In this document: positions 62,176 to 64,000 of the stretch, in pieces | Position numbering within the stretch: position 1 is the first letter of the stretch | Layout of the letters: each line of letters begins with the position of its first letter | Source: Octopus sinensis | Taxonomy: Eukaryota | Reading direction: 5' to 3' | DNA: 64,000 bases | Assembly (NCBI RefSeq): GCF_006345805.1 | Contig: NC_043006.1 | Coordinates: forward strand, 5,828,001 to 5,892,000 | The notes under the pieces: model-generated | Databases searched by the model: none | What the model saw: the letters and a program-made list of their open reading frames with translations, nothing else | What the model was told of the DNA's origin: nothing | Made by a program: the position numbers and the translations under genes

Positions 62176-63562
62176 TTGTTAGAACGTTTGAATACTTTCA
62201 TAGTTCCAAATACGGTATCTGAGTCTCAGCGTGGTTTTCGCTCCTCTAGTGGCACAGCTGATTGTATCTTTACTATCAAACAATTGCAAGAAAAGTGCAT
62301 TGAACAGAATATTGCCCTTTACCATTGCTTTATTTATTTGAACAAAACATCCGATACTGTTAATCGAAATGCTCTGTGGCTAATCCTAACGAAAATAGGT
62401 TGCCCAGAAAAAATTTGTAAGCATGATCAGGGCTTTGCATCAAGATATGAAAGCTACAGTTACTTTTGGTAGTAGGCTCTCTGAATTTTTTGCCGTGGAA
62501 AATAGAGTAAAGCAAGGAGACCTTGATATACCCACCCTCTCTGCAATATATTTTGCTGTTGTGTTGTCACACGCTTTTCAAAACTCCGAGCAGGGTATTT
62601 ACATAAAATATCGAAAAACAGCGAATTTTTTAAATCTGACCAGACTAAAATTCAAAACGAAGGTCTTTGCTTCATTCATTAGGGAACTCTTATAAGCTGA
62701 CGATTGCAATCTAGTCAGTCATTCTGAAACAGGTCTGCAATCTCTTGCATCCGCATTTCATTCAGCTTGTGATGATTTTGGCCTGACCATCAACTTGAAA
62801 AAGTAGTTGTAATGTATCAACCTGCGTATGGTGCTGTTAGCAACCACGCTAAATTTTTTGTTAAGGGTAAGCTACTTTAGGTTGTTGATTCTTCCGTCTA
62901 CCTTGGAAGCTCTGTACAAAATTATGGAAATTTGGAAACAGAAATATATCTGCGAATTGAAAGGGCAATACAAGCATTTGGTGGCTTAGAATCACGCGTT
63001 TGGCGCCAACGTCATATAAATAACAATACAAAATTGGCTCTTTACAAATCTCTTCCCATTCCTGTTTTATTGTTCTGAAATATGAACGTGTTACGAAAAA
63101 CATTTCAAATTGTTAGAACAATTCCACCAAAAATGCCTCCATCGCATTTTAAACATTAAATGGAGTTGCGTCTTCCGGCATCACCTCAATTAAAGCAATG
63201 ATTTTGAAAAATCAAATGAGATGGTGTGGCCATGTTGTTCGAATGGCAGATGAACGCACACCCAAACAGCTGTTTTATGGTGAGCTTGCAGAGGGGAAAC
63301 GCTATCGGTGTAAACCTTAAAAAAAGATTCAAGGACGGCATAAGGACTACCACGAAGTCACTTGAAATAGATCCAGAAGGCATAGAAACTCTTGCTTCGG
63401 ATCGAACTGGATGACGAACAAAAGTGTGAAGTGGAGTGAAAGCGTTTGAAGAGGCCAGGATAACGTATGCAAGACTCAAGAGATTTAAAGGAGAATGTCA
63501 CGATCGAGAAGGTGAATCACAATGACCTTTTTGTATGGACAGTTTGTGACAGACCATGCCAT
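62176..63562 (+). mobile_element. RTE-BovB-like LINE RT-to-C-terminus fragment
   Basis: ESQRGFRSSSGTADCIFTIKQLQEKCIEQN, VKQG, L*ADDC, GLTINLKK, RPKKRFKD-like motif; stops and frameshifts. Confidence 0.88.
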
Positions 63563-63588
63563 TCTATATATATATATATATATATATA

Positions 63589-63970
63589 GGCGCAGGTGTG
63601 GCTGTGTGGTAAGAAGCTTACTTCCCAACCACATGGTTCCGGGTTCAGTCCCACTGCGTGGAAACTTGAGCAAATGTCATCTGCTGTAGCCTCAGGCCAG
63701 CCAAAGTTTTTTGGGTGGATTTAGTAGATAGAAACTGAAAGCAGTCCGTATATATGTATATATTTGTGTGTGTGTGTGTGTCTGTGTTTGTTCCCCCATC
63801 ATCACTTGACAACCGATGTGGGTTTGTTTACGTCCCCACAACTTTGCAGTTGGGTCTAAATACCGATAAATTAGGTAACTAGGCTTACAAAGAATAAGTC
63901 CTAGAGTCGATTTCTTCTACTGAAGGCGGTGATCCAGCATGGCCGCAATCAAATGACTGAAACAAGTAAA
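63589..63970 (+). mobile_element. SINE family A (diverged)
   Basis: GGCGCAGGTGTGGCTGTGTGGTAAG head to GACTGAAACAAGTAAA tail. Confidence 0.85.
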
Positions 63971-64000
63971 ATATGTATATATATTTTTATCTTTTTATTC

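Overview
AT-rich, repeat-saturated eukaryotic DNA. The SINE families and microsatellite load look like a cephalopod (Octopus-type) genome; this is an inference from repeat content. No intact long ORF is present: almost all ORF-track entries are translations of simple repeats. The window is a mosaic of tRNA-headed SINEs (my labels A-E; several with target-site duplications, TSDs), degraded LINEs (RTE, CR1-like, Tx1/L1, R4/Dong-type RLE), a Ty3/Gypsy pol remnant, Helentron/DINE-like elements, MITE-like elements and long microsatellites. The most notable observations are: (1) three co-oriented Tx1-clade retrotransposons each inserted into (GATA)n, plus an R4/Dong-like copy inside (TAA)n; (2) minimal hammerhead ribozyme motifs, one inside nested inverted repeats, as described for Penelope-like element termini, with covariation between two copies; (3) a tailless 5S rRNA retropseudogene with a 16-bp TSD; (4) SINE multimers with a fixed 184-bp period and a conserved junction at three loci; (5) a possible recursive splice site and several candidate small exons of unidentified host gene(s). 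All coordinates were read by eye and may be off by a few bases.
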